Shown here in pieces: positions 1 to 11,928 of a stretch of 64,000 nucleotides of DNA. Under the pieces are notes generated by a model. The model had not been told where the DNA came from and ran no database searches. It saw only the letters and a program-made list of their open reading frames with translations. This stretch comes from Octopus sinensis. Taxonomy: Eukaryota. Location of the stretch: positions 37,634,001 to 37,698,000 of the forward strand of contig NC_043001.1 of assembly GCF_006345805.1 (NCBI RefSeq), read 5' to 3'. How positions within the stretch are numbered: the first letter of the stretch is position 1; each line of letters opens with the position of its first letter. Made by a program: the position numbers and the translations under genes.

Positions 1-228
1 TTACACGTATTGAGAAGAGCATTGTCGATGTGAGAACTATTACTACCCATGTATTTTAATTTAACTTTAAAAAAAAAAATGAGTGAACTAGTGAGTTTAG
101 TTTAATGGCCTACCAATGTATACTATAAGTTTCTTTGCCCTAGGAGTCGGGAAGACACTTGGCAAGAAATGGAAGCAAATTTGAAAGAAGAAGAAAAAAA
201 AGATAACAATAATAATAATAATAATAAT

Positions 229-430
229 AACTTCTGGTCTAGGCACAAGGCCAGCAATTTTCAAGGGATTCAGGTTAGTTGATGCCTGTGGTCCCAATAC
301 TTGAATGGTACTTTATTTTATCAAACCCCAGAGGGATGAAAGGGAAAGTTGACCTCAGTGGTTTGGACTCAAAATATAAAGAGCCAGAAAAAATACCTGA
401 AGGTATTTTATCTGACACTCAAATAATTCT
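229..430 (-). mobile_element. tRNA-headed SINE, family C, degraded
   Basis: Reverse complement resembles the 2441-2670 copy (GAGGTCAACTTTCCCTTTCATCCCTCTGGGGTTTGATAAAATAAAGTACC core); lies next to an (AAT)n tract. Confidence 0.7.
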
Positions 431-477
431 TCCAATCAAAATTGCTTGTTATTAAATAGAGATGCTACATATGTATA

Positions 478-660
478 TTCTTTTATTCTTTCATTTGTTT
501 CAGTTATTAGACTATGGCAATGCTGGGACAGAGCCTTGAAGAATTTTAGTTAAATGAATTGACCTCACTACTTATTTTTTAAGCCTGGTACATACCATAT
601 TGGTCTCTTTTCCCGAAGTGATAAGTTACAGGGGCATGAAACACACCAACACTGGTTATA
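478..660 (-). mobile_element. SINE family A 3' tail fragment
   Basis: Degraded reverse complement of the tail seen intact at 45900-46075. Confidence 0.65.
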
Positions 661-2440
661 AAGAAACATGAAATTTACCTTTTTCAACTTTCTTCTTGAA
701 TAATAAAGATACAATGGGCATATGTGAATGCAGTTCCACTTCAGTTCGCATCTAGATGACTCCATGAAAATATTATGATTAACCAGATCTTTGTTGCTTT
801 TCCATTGAATTCTCTGCAAATAAATCAGAAATAAAATGGAGAGGTTTTAGACTTGTCTTCCTTCCAAGAAATGACAACAGTTTTAAATATACAGTACAGA
901 ATAAGGTTTCAAAACAAACTGATGCAACAAAAGAATTCCTACAATAAATTCTGTAACAAGTAATGTTAATATTTGCTTTCTATTGTTCCAATGGAGTTGA
1001 TGGCAACACAGTTTCAGTTTCCATTTAGAAGCAGTTTCACTTAAAAAAAAAAGAAGTAAAAATATCACATTTTACCTTGCTTATAAATTTAGAGCTTGAT
1101 ATCTGAGTAAAATATTATTTTAATTTGGTCTATGTTTTGTTGATGTTTGGACCCAAGCCATTCCTAATCAAGTAAACCTATAAATTGTCTAGCTGGTGTA
1201 GAGAGCAGAACACCTAATTAGATTCTGCAGAATCTAATTTAACTTCTCATATTTTCAAGTTCAAATCATAACACTGACAACTTGATTGTAATCAAATATC
1301 CAAAGAGACAACTTTTTTTACCCTCGGGTCATACATTAACACACCAATATTTAAGCATTGACAATTAGTAAGACATCTTGGAAGAATTCACTTTTAAAAT
1401 AGTTAAACAATATGCTATGTAATTTGATCAACAATTGGATACATTTAACAATTACAACAGCCAAGTACATAAGGTAAGGTGCGTCCATGTCTTGTAAATA
1501 TTGAGTAAGAAAGATTTAAGACCATGGTTTCAAGGAAACTGATAAGGATCTGTGTTGGTAACAATTAAGAGTTTGCAGAATATTGATAAACAAGAGTCTG
1601 CAGAATATTGACCAGGTCACTCTGCTTGCAAAATTGTAACATGCATTGGAGTACTGTGTACATATTTCAGATGGTGCTTTCTTTCTTTCTCTCTATCTCT
1701 ACACACACACATACATACACATACACACATGCAAACATACATGTGCAAACACGCACACACACTATATCATGTACAAAAATAAGTTAGCTAGCTAATTGGT
1801 GAAAATTCACTCACCAACATGTTACATTCTCTAGCTCACAGACATAGCCATTTCTTCTCTCACTGCTCTATTGCTATCTTTAAAACTTCTGTTTCTCTGA
1901 ACCCCATAGCTGCACAACCTCACTCTACTCATTACCATTGCAGGGGAGCTCACATTATATACTTATTCAATTTCTTTTTTCCAGAATGCAACTCTCAAGA
2001 ATTCAATCTTACTATCATTTTTACAAAGTTTCAAGCTGAAAATAACAACTACATTAATCTCACCAGTCTGGGAGCACAGACAAAGATCATGGGCACTGTC
2101 TCTTTTTCACCTCCATTGTCCATGTAGTGACTGAATAAAAAAAAAAAAAAAAATACTGATGATGATGATGATGATGACGACGATGATGACAACGATGAAA
2201 ATAACAAGTATAATGATAGTGACTGAATGGAGCAGTTTTCCCGAAACCACTGTGTTTGTGAAAGAGCTAAGTTGAGAGGTAGATGAGTATTATAATAATG
2301 AGCTTATTGTATACAGTGCTACGGTACACTACAATGTATCAGAATAGATTAAAGAGGGGACAGAAGGTAGCTATAAATCGAGTAAAGAAAGACAATAATG
2401 AAAGTTATTGTCTTTCTTTACTCAATTTACAGCTCCCTTA

Positions 2441-2670
2441 GGGCGGCGAGCTGGCAGAATTATTAGCATGCCAGGCATGCTTAGCAGTATTTCATCTGCC
2501 GTTACATTCTGAGTTCAAATTCTGCCAAGGTCGACTTTGCCTTTCATCCTTTTAGGGTCAATTAAATAAGTACCATTTATGCACTGGGGTTGATGTAATC
2601 GACTTAATTCCTTTGTCTGTCTTTGTTTTTTCCCTCTATATTTCGCCCCTTGTGAGCAATAAAGAAATAA
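2441..2670 (+). mobile_element. tRNA-headed SINE, family C
   Basis: GGCGGCGAGCTGGCAGAAT..TTAGC (A-box-like), GAGTTCAAATTC (B-box-like), then GGTCGACTTTGCCTTTCATCCTTT core; related copies at 229-430 and 48550-48771. Confidence 0.8.
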
Positions 2671-2739
2671 TGAAAGTTATTAGACGTACTTGCACAGTGC
2701 ACAAAATAAAACTTGAAAAGACAAAAAAGTGAGCAGTAA

Positions 2740-3050
2740 CAGAGCTATAAAGAAGAAATGGTGCACTGGCACATCAAGAGTAGTGTTGGTGAATTTTGGG
2801 AAACTTGGGACATTTGAAGGACGAAGTGTCCTGCCAGCTAACCAGTGAGACAGTTAATTCTATGCTTCAACAATTCTGAACGTGACAAAATGTTTCCAAA
2901 AGTCATGGGTGCTGTACAGGCTTTTCAATTTTATATGCATGTCCATGTGTGGCAGAGGTTTGAATTTAAGAAGGTGGCCAAGTCAAAGGGTATCAAAAAC
3001 TTGTCTTGATCGTAGTTTGAGAGACAATAGAAATAGTAACATGCTTATAT
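2740..3050 (-). mobile_element. CR1/L2-type LINE 3' fragment, degraded
   Basis: Minus-strand translation with shifts gives GHAYKIEK..HDFWKHF..FRIVEA, like CR1/L2 ORF2 C-termini and the cleaner 22412-22684 copy. Confidence 0.5.
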
Positions 3051-3983
3051 GAATGTTACTGAAAAGAAGGATTTGGACACTTAAGGACCCTGGAGTGGTT
3101 AGCATTAGAAGGGTATCCAGCCATAGAAATTTCGCCAGTCACACAATCCAACCCATGCCAGCATGGAAAACGGACGCTAAATGATGATGATAATGACGAT
3201 GTTGTGACTAGTTCAAACTGTCATAAAGAATTGCTATAAAGCTTGAATAAACCCCACCCCACCCTGCAACACCAGCAATTTAAGCAGTCTTTTCAAAATA
3301 AATTGAAGCCAGCCATGCTAAAAACCTTATTGCACAGTAAAGAGTGCACACATTTTCTGCGATTGTAACAAAATCAGAATCAATACTTTTAATGTAAGAA
3401 TCAAAAAGGTGGATCATGTTGCATAAACTTCAGGAATTTAAAGGCAGTTTCATAACTGATCTAAGCCTATCATGATTCATTGTGCATGACAGATTATTCT
3501 CATTTAGTTTATCAATCTGCATTGCTGTCCATTGTTAGTTTGATATCTTTGGACTAGCTTTTTACTAGACTTGACAAATTTCCAGATTTGTCCATCATCA
3601 TGTAGACTAAAATTCTCATGTAGTGCTCAGCCATGATTCAAGGAAGTTACAATATATAACTTCAAGCATGTATCAAGTGGGAAAACAGGACGATTTCGAT
3701 AAACAATTCAATTTTCTCACCTTGTTTTATGAGAGACTAAACAATATGCATATGCTTCAGTAAAATTCAAGAAGGTCGATTCGACTAGCCTGCATTTGGA
3801 ACCCAGTCAACCAAGGCAGCAAACATGTTTGGGAAAAATACAAAGTTTTTGGATGAGTTTTTAGCAAATATCTATAAATCAATCATATCTTTAGATACAT
3901 TGATGGCAATTACATCATGCATAACAGATTCAGTGGCTTTCTTGATGCTTCTCAGTTTGTTTATAGCTACAGGCAGATTTGCA

Positions 3984-5230
3984 TGAGGCTGGGCTAAAAA
4001 GTTAATAGGTTGACAATGAAGGAGTGTGAAATTTTGCATGCATTAATTTCAATTCTTATTATTAATAACTGCATTGTTTCTTTCCAGGTAAACTCATATT
4101 TGACTGTTCAAAGAACACTTAAAATTAACTAGTAGTGACTTCTCTTGAAAATGGACACATTTCAGCATCATGGTGTTATCAAGTACCTGCAGAAAAATGG
4201 TTTAGCCCCCAAGGACATTCATGCTGATGAGGTTGCTACATTAGGGGATGACACCCCAGCTGAATTTAGGAGGGGAATGGAGAGTCTTGAAGATGACCCA
4301 AGGTCTGGATGTCTTGCAACTGCCACCACTGAGGAAAATATTGAACATATTCACCACATGGTGATGGATGACAGGCGATTGACTATAAATCAAATAGCCA
4401 ATGCTGTTAGCATATCCCATGAGAGAGTTGAGAATATTCAGCACAATGAACTTGGCATGACAAACATTTCAGTTTGATGGGTGCTGCATCTTCTTACACC
4501 TGATCAAAAGTGCCTCATGCTGATCACAAAAAGGGAAAATCTGATATTGTTTAAGGCAGATCCAGCTGGCTTCCTTGAATGTTTCCCTCCTAAGATGAAT
4601 GTTGGGCTCATCACTTTGAACTAGAGACAAAGAGACAGTCCTTTCAGTGGAAACAATCCTCCTCACCTATTCCAAAGAAGGTCAAAGTCATTTCATCTGC
4701 AAGGAAGGTGATAGCCCCAGTTTTTTTTTTAAGCAAAAGGAATTGTGTTTATCGACTATCTTCAAAAGGTCCACACCAACAATGGAAAGTACTGTGCCAA
4801 CTTGCCGAGGCAATTATGAAAAGCTATTATGACCAAATGCTCAGGAAAACTGACGAAACGGATCTTGTTTCATCACAACAATACTCCAGCACACAAGTCC
4901 TGCCTTTCAATGGCCACAGTGCATGACTGTAGCTTTGAATTGGTTGATCACCATCCTTATACTCCTGGTTTGGCCCCATCTGACAATCATCTGTTCCCCA
5001 ACACCTGGCTGGGAATCAGTATTGCAGTGATGATGATGTCATATCTGCTGGTGATGACTTTTTTTGACCAACAGGATGAAAGCTTCTTCAGTAATGGGAT
5101 CCAAGTACTACAACACTGATGGAAGAAGTGTGTGGGCCATAAGGGATACTATGATGAAAAATAAACCTCATTTGGTCACTTTCCATGAGAGTATCTTGGT
5201 CAGCCTATGAACTTGGTCAGCTAACAATCA
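3984..5230 (+). mobile_element. mariner (DD34D) transposon, full length about 1.25 kb, inactivated; irritans-like
   Basis: Imperfect TIRs (TGAGGCTGGGCTAAAAAGTTAATAGGTTGAC / GTCAGCCTATGAACTTGGTCAGCTAACAATCA, then TA). Broken ORF with LEDDPRSG, DRRLTINQIA, WVLHLLTPDQK (WVPRLL-like), DECWAHHFE, FHHNNTPAH and HHPYTPGLAPSDNHLF; stops and frameshifts. Confidence 0.92.
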
Positions 5231-6019
5231 TAAAGAGGGCATTGTGAAAAAACAAACAAACATAACTCTTCTAACCCAAATGTATTATGGTTCAACAAAA
5301 AGCCTTTAAGTGAGCTTGATATTTATTTTACAAGAAATAAAAGGCGAAAATGGTAGACTGCTAGATTAAAAGCCATGTAGTGTTTTTATGCTTCTCAGTT
5401 ATATAAGAACGAAAAGAACATCATTCCTTTTATCCTTTCCAAGATGATGAAAAAGAACCATATGTTACTAGATTTGATGAATGACACTATGTCAAAGTTG
5501 TGGCAATGTGCCAATGTTGGAAATTTATATCACTGCAGATGAATAAAATTGATCAAAAGGTTATTTATAATATAATTTTATTTATACTAGTTTATAATGT
5601 GGTAATTAAAATTTTGTTTTATTAGTTCCTTTTATTACCATAAGAATTTAAATGAATCAAGTCATAAAATATGCATTGAATTTAGCCAGAAAATCAATTA
5701 GAATATCCATTTTATTACTAAATTAAGTTTTCTTTTTCCAAATGAACACACATTATTTCACATGGATGAAGTTTTAAACTGTTACAATTACAGAGTGCAG
5801 AGATACACAAAAGTTAGATGAAGCTACAGTAAAATCACACTCATTTTAAAAATTAAATATTAACAAGGGTAAATCATTAATTATTTGCAACGTTTTTGTA
5901 ATCTTTTCTGATTGGAAAAGAAATAAGTTGTATATCCATCATTAAAGTGTCCTACCTATAGTCATTATAGTACAAGTCTGGATACTAGATGTTTATTAAG
6001 TTCATTATTTTGTTAATGA

Positions 6020-6330
6020 TGGCAAAATATGCCATAAATGATTTCATAGTCAATTTCATAACTAATTTGCATATTATCTGCCACCTAATTAATAATCACC
6101 CAGCTATTCAACAAAACCACATCACTTAGTTCTTTAGTATTATCATCAATACAAGACATGTTTGGGTGTTCAGCTTCTTTTTGGTGCATAATACTTATGT
6201 AGCGATTCTTGAATTTTTCAGTTCATTCATTGATAGTTCACAGTAGAAATAAATTGTTTCCATACCATGTTGAATGGCTCTTGATATATTTTCAACCTTC
6301 AGAAAGTGGATCACTGAGCACTGCTCTTCA
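6020..6330 (-). mobile_element. mariner transposase N-terminal relic
   Basis: Minus strand reads EQCSVIHFLKVE..EKFKNRYISIMHQKEAEHPNMSCIDDNTKELSDVVLLNSWVIIN*VADNMQIS, matching the mariner HTH region. Confidence 0.65.
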
Positions 6331-7825
6331 TTTAAAAAAAAAAACAGAAGTGAAGTAGTCATGGTTAATGTCACATGAATGAGAACTTAATTGATACTTC
6401 AAGTTCAAGTCTGTGGCATAGTAACTGGATAGAGACCACATCTAGTGATGCATGAAAAACTAATTTCCCTTTTCTCTAACAAGTCACATGAAAATGTTTC
6501 AAATTGCAATCCCTTTCAATCTCTTTAAACAGGATAAGGACCAATGATGAAAGAATATGCACAACATAACTTAAGTTGTATACTACCTTTCAGAAAGAAG
6601 AGAATGTCAGAAAATACTAATAGTTAAAAAAAAATAAAAATAAATAAATAGATAAAAGGAATATAAAACAAATAAAAACAAAAAGGTAGTGTACTTTCAT
6701 TTTTCCTGATCAGAAATATCCATCAATGGGTTATGAGCCCTTTGACATAAAGGAACAAGAAATAATATTATGATGTTTATTTCTTGTCATATAGCACTGA
6801 CAGCATAAATGAAGTAAATAACAAACTGTAGGAATGAAAACCATACTGTAGACTCAGTTTGCTGGACAGGAGCTTACCTCTTATTCCATATCACTCATCA
6901 TATGACTGACAAAATGTATTATCAAATGGGTTAATAATTAATTTCAATTAATTTTGCATCCTTTCATATGAAGAATCATAATCATTTAAATATTCATGAT
7001 CACTGAAATGCTATCAAGAAACAATGAAACAACCAAGTAGACAGGTATGGAAAAATAATTATGAAGTAGAGATGTCTGTAACTATAGCAATAACCTATAA
7101 AGAACAAAGTGTGTGATGAAGCATACTTAATAACCTGGGATCCATAATTACACTTAAATATAACTAATTATGCATAATCTGTTTTGATTCAGGAGATATA
7201 GAAGGAAGAAGAGAGAGAGAGGTAGACATAGAGTTCTAATATATGAACAGTAAATCCAAGTTTACAATAACAAATATATTGAAATTACATTAAATAAGGA
7301 GTCTGCAGATTAACTTTGATAATTTATTTTGGAAAATTGATTAGTTCCTTATCTGCTTCCACCCTTATTAATTAATTAAAGGATTTAATAATAATGCTCT
7401 ATTACATAAGGGGCCCCAAATGTACTGGACACAAAATGGGATGTTCATATTTCTGAAGGTGGTTATCAACTTCAGGGACAAGAATGTAAAATCATGAATT
7501 TAAGCATAAGCATGAATTCAGTTCACCAATAATTAAACAGTTCACTATTACCACTTTATTTAATTACAACTTTACAAGCCAAAGTGGGAAATTCTGTGAT
7601 CACTTTATCTCTAAGAACTAGCAGACAAGTCTCTCTTAAACTTTCTTTACTTCCTTAAAATAAATAAAGGACATACTGAATAATGGGGTTCAGGGACTCT
7701 GTGCCTGAAAAAATATGGGATAGTCAAGACAGGAATGCCTGTGATCATAACACTGCTTGAATAGAGATGATCTGAGATCAAACAATAACATCTACATTAC
7801 AACTTCAGAATTGTTTATAACCTTA

Positions 7826-8005
7826 GTGCATGTATGGCAGTGTGGTTAAGAAGCTCCTTTTGTAATCACATGGTTTCAAGTTCAATCCTACAGTGTAGCA
7901 CCCATCTTGAGCAAGTGTCTTCTGCTATATCCCCAAACCAACCAATACTTTGTACATGAATCTGATTGACAGAAACTGTGAGGAAGCTTACTGTGTATGC
8001 GTGTA
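7826..8005 (+). mobile_element. SINE family A head, degraded
   Basis: GGCAGTGTGGTTAAG..GGTTTCAAGTTCAATCC tRNA-like head followed by TTGAGCAAGTGTCTT. Confidence 0.65.
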
Positions 8006-8013
8006 TATATATA

Positions 8014-8206
8014 TCATCATCATCATCATCATCGTTTAACGTCCGTTCTCCATGCTAGCATGGGTTGGATGGTTCGACCGGGGATCTGGGAAGCCAGAAG
8101 GCTGCACCAGGCTCCGGTCTTATCTGGCAATGATTCTACAGCTGGATGCCCTTCCTAACACCAACCACTCCGTGAGTGTAGTGGGTGCTTTTTACGTGCC
8201 ACCTGC
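8014..8206 (-). mobile_element. SINE family B with RTE-like 3' tail and (GAT)n end
   Basis: (CAT)n CGTTTAACGTCCG..CATGCTAGCATGGGTTGG..GCTGGATGCCCTTCCTAAC; near-identical copies at 49899, 59266 and (+) 24100-24330. Confidence 0.85.
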
Positions 8207-8264
8207 ACTGATATACATATATATACATACAGGAGTGGCTGTGTATATATATATATACATACCT

Positions 8265-8723
8265 ACAGGAGTGGCTGTGTGACATGGAATGAAGCTTGCT
8301 TCCAGCCACATGGTTCTGGGCTCAGTTCTACTGTGTGGCAACTTGGACAAGTGTTTTCTTCTATAGCCTTGGGCCAACCAAAGCCTTGTGAGTGGATTTG
8401 TTAGATGGAAACTGAAAGAGGCTTGTCATGTATGTATGTGTGTATATGTGTGTGTGTGTGTGAGTGTGTGTGTGGTGTGTGTGTGTGTGTGTGTGTGTGC
8501 ATTTCTATTTATGTGTGCATGTCTTTGTGTCTGTGTTTGTACCCCACCATTGCTTGACAACCGATGTTGGTGTGTTTATGTCTCCAAAACATAGCAGTTC
8601 AGCAAAAGAGACTGATAGAATAAGTACTAGGCTTACAACGAATAAGTCCTGGGGTTGATTTGTTTGACTAAAGGTGGTGCTCCAGCATGGCCACAGTGAA
8701 ATGACAGGAACAAGTAAAAGAGT
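8265..8723 (+). mobile_element. SINE family A, full length with internal (TG)n
   Basis: CAGGAGTGGCTGTGTG head (head start duplicated at about 8229), TTGGACAAGTGT core, internal microsatellite, tail ending ACAAGTAAAAGAG. Confidence 0.85.
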
Positions 8724-8993
8724 ATATATGTAATATATATAGATACATACATACATACATACATACATACATACATACATACATACATACATACATACAT
8801 ACATACATACATACATACATACATACATGCATACATACACATGTATATATATAGAGAGATTGAAAGAAAGAAAATAGAGAAAAATGAATGTATGAATGAT
8901 TTATTTGTATGATATAAGAATGCTGAAATTTTTAAAAACATAATACATAAATGATAAGCTGTAAAGCTCAAAAGAAAATGGAAGATGTGCCAA

Positions 8994-9108
8994 AACCTAC
9001 ATATATGTTTCAGTTCTGGCCATAAGTTGATATGCAATTCTAAGCATTTGGTTATATGCTAAGAAAGATATCATTTTTAACTATATGGGGCAGAACTTCT
9101 TCGGGGTT
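8994..9108 (-). ncRNA. type I hammerhead ribozyme motif, inverted partner (core CCGAAGA, U4C)
   Basis: Minus strand: AACC-CCGAAGA-AGTTCTGCC...GGCCAGAACT-GAAA-CATATATG-TA-GGTT. Confidence 0.6.
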
Positions 9109-9170
9109 ATTATGAGCTTATAGAATATTCTGCATGCATCTTTCAAAGAAAATGTTAACCATAATTCTAT

Positions 9171-9285
9171 AACCCTGAAGAAGTTCTGCCCCATATAGTT
9201 AAAAATGATACCTTTCGTAGTATATAACCAAATGCTTAGAATTGCATATCAACTAGTGGCTAGAACCGAAACATATATGTAGGTT
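9171..9285 (+). ncRNA. type I hammerhead ribozyme motif with long stem II insert
   Basis: AACC(stem I)-CTGAAGA(9175-81)-AGTTCT..86 nt total..AGAACC-GAAA(9268-71)-CATATATG(palindromic stem III)-TA-GGTT(stem I'); GUA cleavage triplet. Confidence 0.7.
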
Positions 9286-9473
9286 TTTTTCACATCTCTC
9301 ATTTTCTTTTTGAACATTACAACTTATAATTTATTTGTATTGTCATGTTTTTATAAGATTTCAACATCTTTATATCATACAAATAAATTATTCGTATATC
9401 CATTTTTCTCCATTTTCTCTCTTTCAATATTAATAATATGTATTACTACAATAATCTTTAACATATTTTTTTT

Positions 9474-9702
9474 ATTCTTTTATTTTTTACTTGTTTAAGT
9501 CATTTGACTGTGGCCAGGCTGGAGCACTGCCTTTAGTCAAACAAATTGACAGGCTTCTTTCAGTTTCTATCTACCATATCGCTCACAAGGCTTTGGTTGG
9601 CCTCAGACTATAGTAGAAGACACTTGCCCAAGGTGCCATGCAGTGAGATTAAAATCTAGAACCATGTCATTGGGAAGCAAGCTTCTTTCCACACAGCTAT
9701 GC
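9474..9702 (-). mobile_element. SINE family A with internal deletion
   Basis: Reverse tail joined directly to reverse head segment; the microsatellite part is missing. Confidence 0.75.
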
Positions 9703-9792
9703 TGTAGAGACCTTTGCACTATGATAGTGATTAACCAGTGGGACATTTTGGATTATATAATCTCTAATGTGAATTTAACTTTCTCAAATTAG

Positions 9793-10027
9793 GTGTAGGA
9801 GTGGCTATGTGGTAAGTAGCTTGCTTACAAACCACATGGTTCTGGGTTTAGTCCCACTGCGTGACACTTTGGGCAAGTGTCTTCCAACCAAAGCCTTGAG
9901 TGGATTTGGTAGATGGAAACTGAAAGAAGCCCATTGTATATATGTATATATGTGTACATATATGTATATGTGTGTGTGTGTGTGTATGTGTATATGTTTG
10001 TTTGTGTGTCTGTGTTTGTGTCCCCCA
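9793..10027 (+). mobile_element. SINE family A 5' half
   Basis: GGAGTGGCTATGTGGTAAGTAGCTTGCTTACAAACCACATGGTTCTGGGTTTAGTCCC head, core and (TA/TG)n, truncated at GTCCCCCAA. Confidence 0.85.
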
Positions 10028-10098
10028 ATCCAGAAGTGCACCACCAACTAACAAGCTTCTGGATAATTTCAAACAAGAACTATGGAGCCCTATTATGA

Positions 10099-10305
10099 AA
10101 TATAAGTAAAAGTATCTCAAACCTTTTCTCTAATGAAGAGATCTTTGATAAACATAAGGATAGGTACAACAAACCACTAAAAAATGCAGGATATAAGGAC
10201 AAAATTAAATACTTTCCTAGAAACAATAATAGTAATAAGAATAATGATATAGACATTAATAGGGATAGGACTAATACCGGGAACTATAATAATGCCTTTA
10301 ACGCA

Positions 10306-10355
<50 letters not shown>

Positions 10356-11444
10356 TAATAATAATAACAATAATAATAATAATCCCAGCAATGGTTGAGA
10401 AGCTCAGGACTCAAAGTAGAGACAGAGGGATTTTTAATTGCAGCAAAAGACCAAAGCCTCCCCACCAGAAATTACCAAAAACATGTAATGAAAAGAAATA
10501 TAACAAGTAACTGCAGAATATGTGGAGATGGACAAGAAACAATAAATCATATTATCTCTGGCTGCCCAATCCTGGCTAAGAAGGAATATATTCACAGACA
10601 CGACAGAGTTGGGACCTACATACACTGGAAGCTATGCCAACATTATGGAATAACAACAGAAAAAGATGGTATAGGCACACACCAGAAAAGGTCACAGAAA
10701 ACGAGAAAGCAACCATACTCTGGGATATGCCAATACACACAGATAGAGAAATTAAGGCCAACAGACCAGATATAGTTGTCAGAGATCATGAAGAAAAAAA
10801 TGCTTTCTAATTGATGTATCAATACCAGCAGATGACAAGGTGTCTCTAAAAGAAATGGAGACACTTTCAAAATACAAAGACCTGGAAATAGAGGTAACTA
10901 GAATGTGGAATCTAAAAATAGAAACAATTCCTATCATAGTAGGTGCATTAGGCATGATAAAAAAATATTCAGACAAATACATAACAAAAACACCAGGACT
11001 TACAAACACATATAACATACAGAAAATTGCACTACTAGGCACTGCACACATCCTACGCAGAACACTTTCAATACAGTAACCATCAGAGCATCACAACAAA
11101 TCACAGAACATACCCAATGCACACAGAGCTGTGCTCGGTAGTGAAGTGAAAGCAGGTTATAAAAATAAAACTACTGAATAATAATAGTAGATGTAATAGC
11201 AGCAATAATAAGGATAATAAGAAAATAGATAACATATCTATAAATCCTAACAGTAAACACGGAAATAGGAGTAAACGGAAGCACAACAACTATAAAAGCC
11301 CTGATAGGGCAACTACTACCAGTCCCAGTAATTGTGACAACTACAACACTACCATAGATAGGTACAAAAATAACAATAGAAGCATTGGAAATATGAAAAC
11401 ACAACCCATAAATGACAATAACAATAACAATAATAATGATGATG

Positions 11445-11495
<51 letters not shown>

Positions 11496-11893
11496 GTAAT
11501 AACACACATAACATAAAAAAAACCCAACCACGGAAATAATGAAAATGACAATGTCTGGTTAATCATCTCATTCGCTATGAAAATTAATAACATAGTTAAA
11601 ACAATATTTAGATTAATTAACAAACATTTTATAACAGGAAAAAAACAAATACTGTGAGATAATTAACAATAAAACAATAAGAATAGGATACAGGTTAACA
11701 CATAACCACGCTAACATCATCTCCTCAATAAACAATAGAAAACTAGACACCTATTTAAGTAGAAAAAAATAACAACAGTAATATGCACTCTAGTAATAAC
11801 AATAGCCACAACAATATTAATAGTAATGATGGTAATAATAGTAGTAATAGTGGTGTTGGTGATAATAATAATAATAACAATAACAACAATAGA

Positions 11894-11928
<35 letters not shown>

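Larger units (their letters stand above)
8859..9428. repeat. long inverted repeat (about 250-bp arms), probable inverted PLE pseudo-LTR pair
   Basis: 8859-9110 is an imperfect reverse complement of 9169-9428; each arm holds an HHR-like motif. Confidence 0.85.

Noticed and set aside
3984-5230. Mariner ORFs (also 31821-33020) as domesticated or functional transposases
   Set aside because: Multiple stops, frameshifts, deletions and altered catalytic Asp motifs.
8859-9428. A-to-G-biased differences between inverted-repeat arms as a fossil ADAR signature
   Set aside because: By eye the differences run in both directions and include CpG-type transitions; no clear bias.
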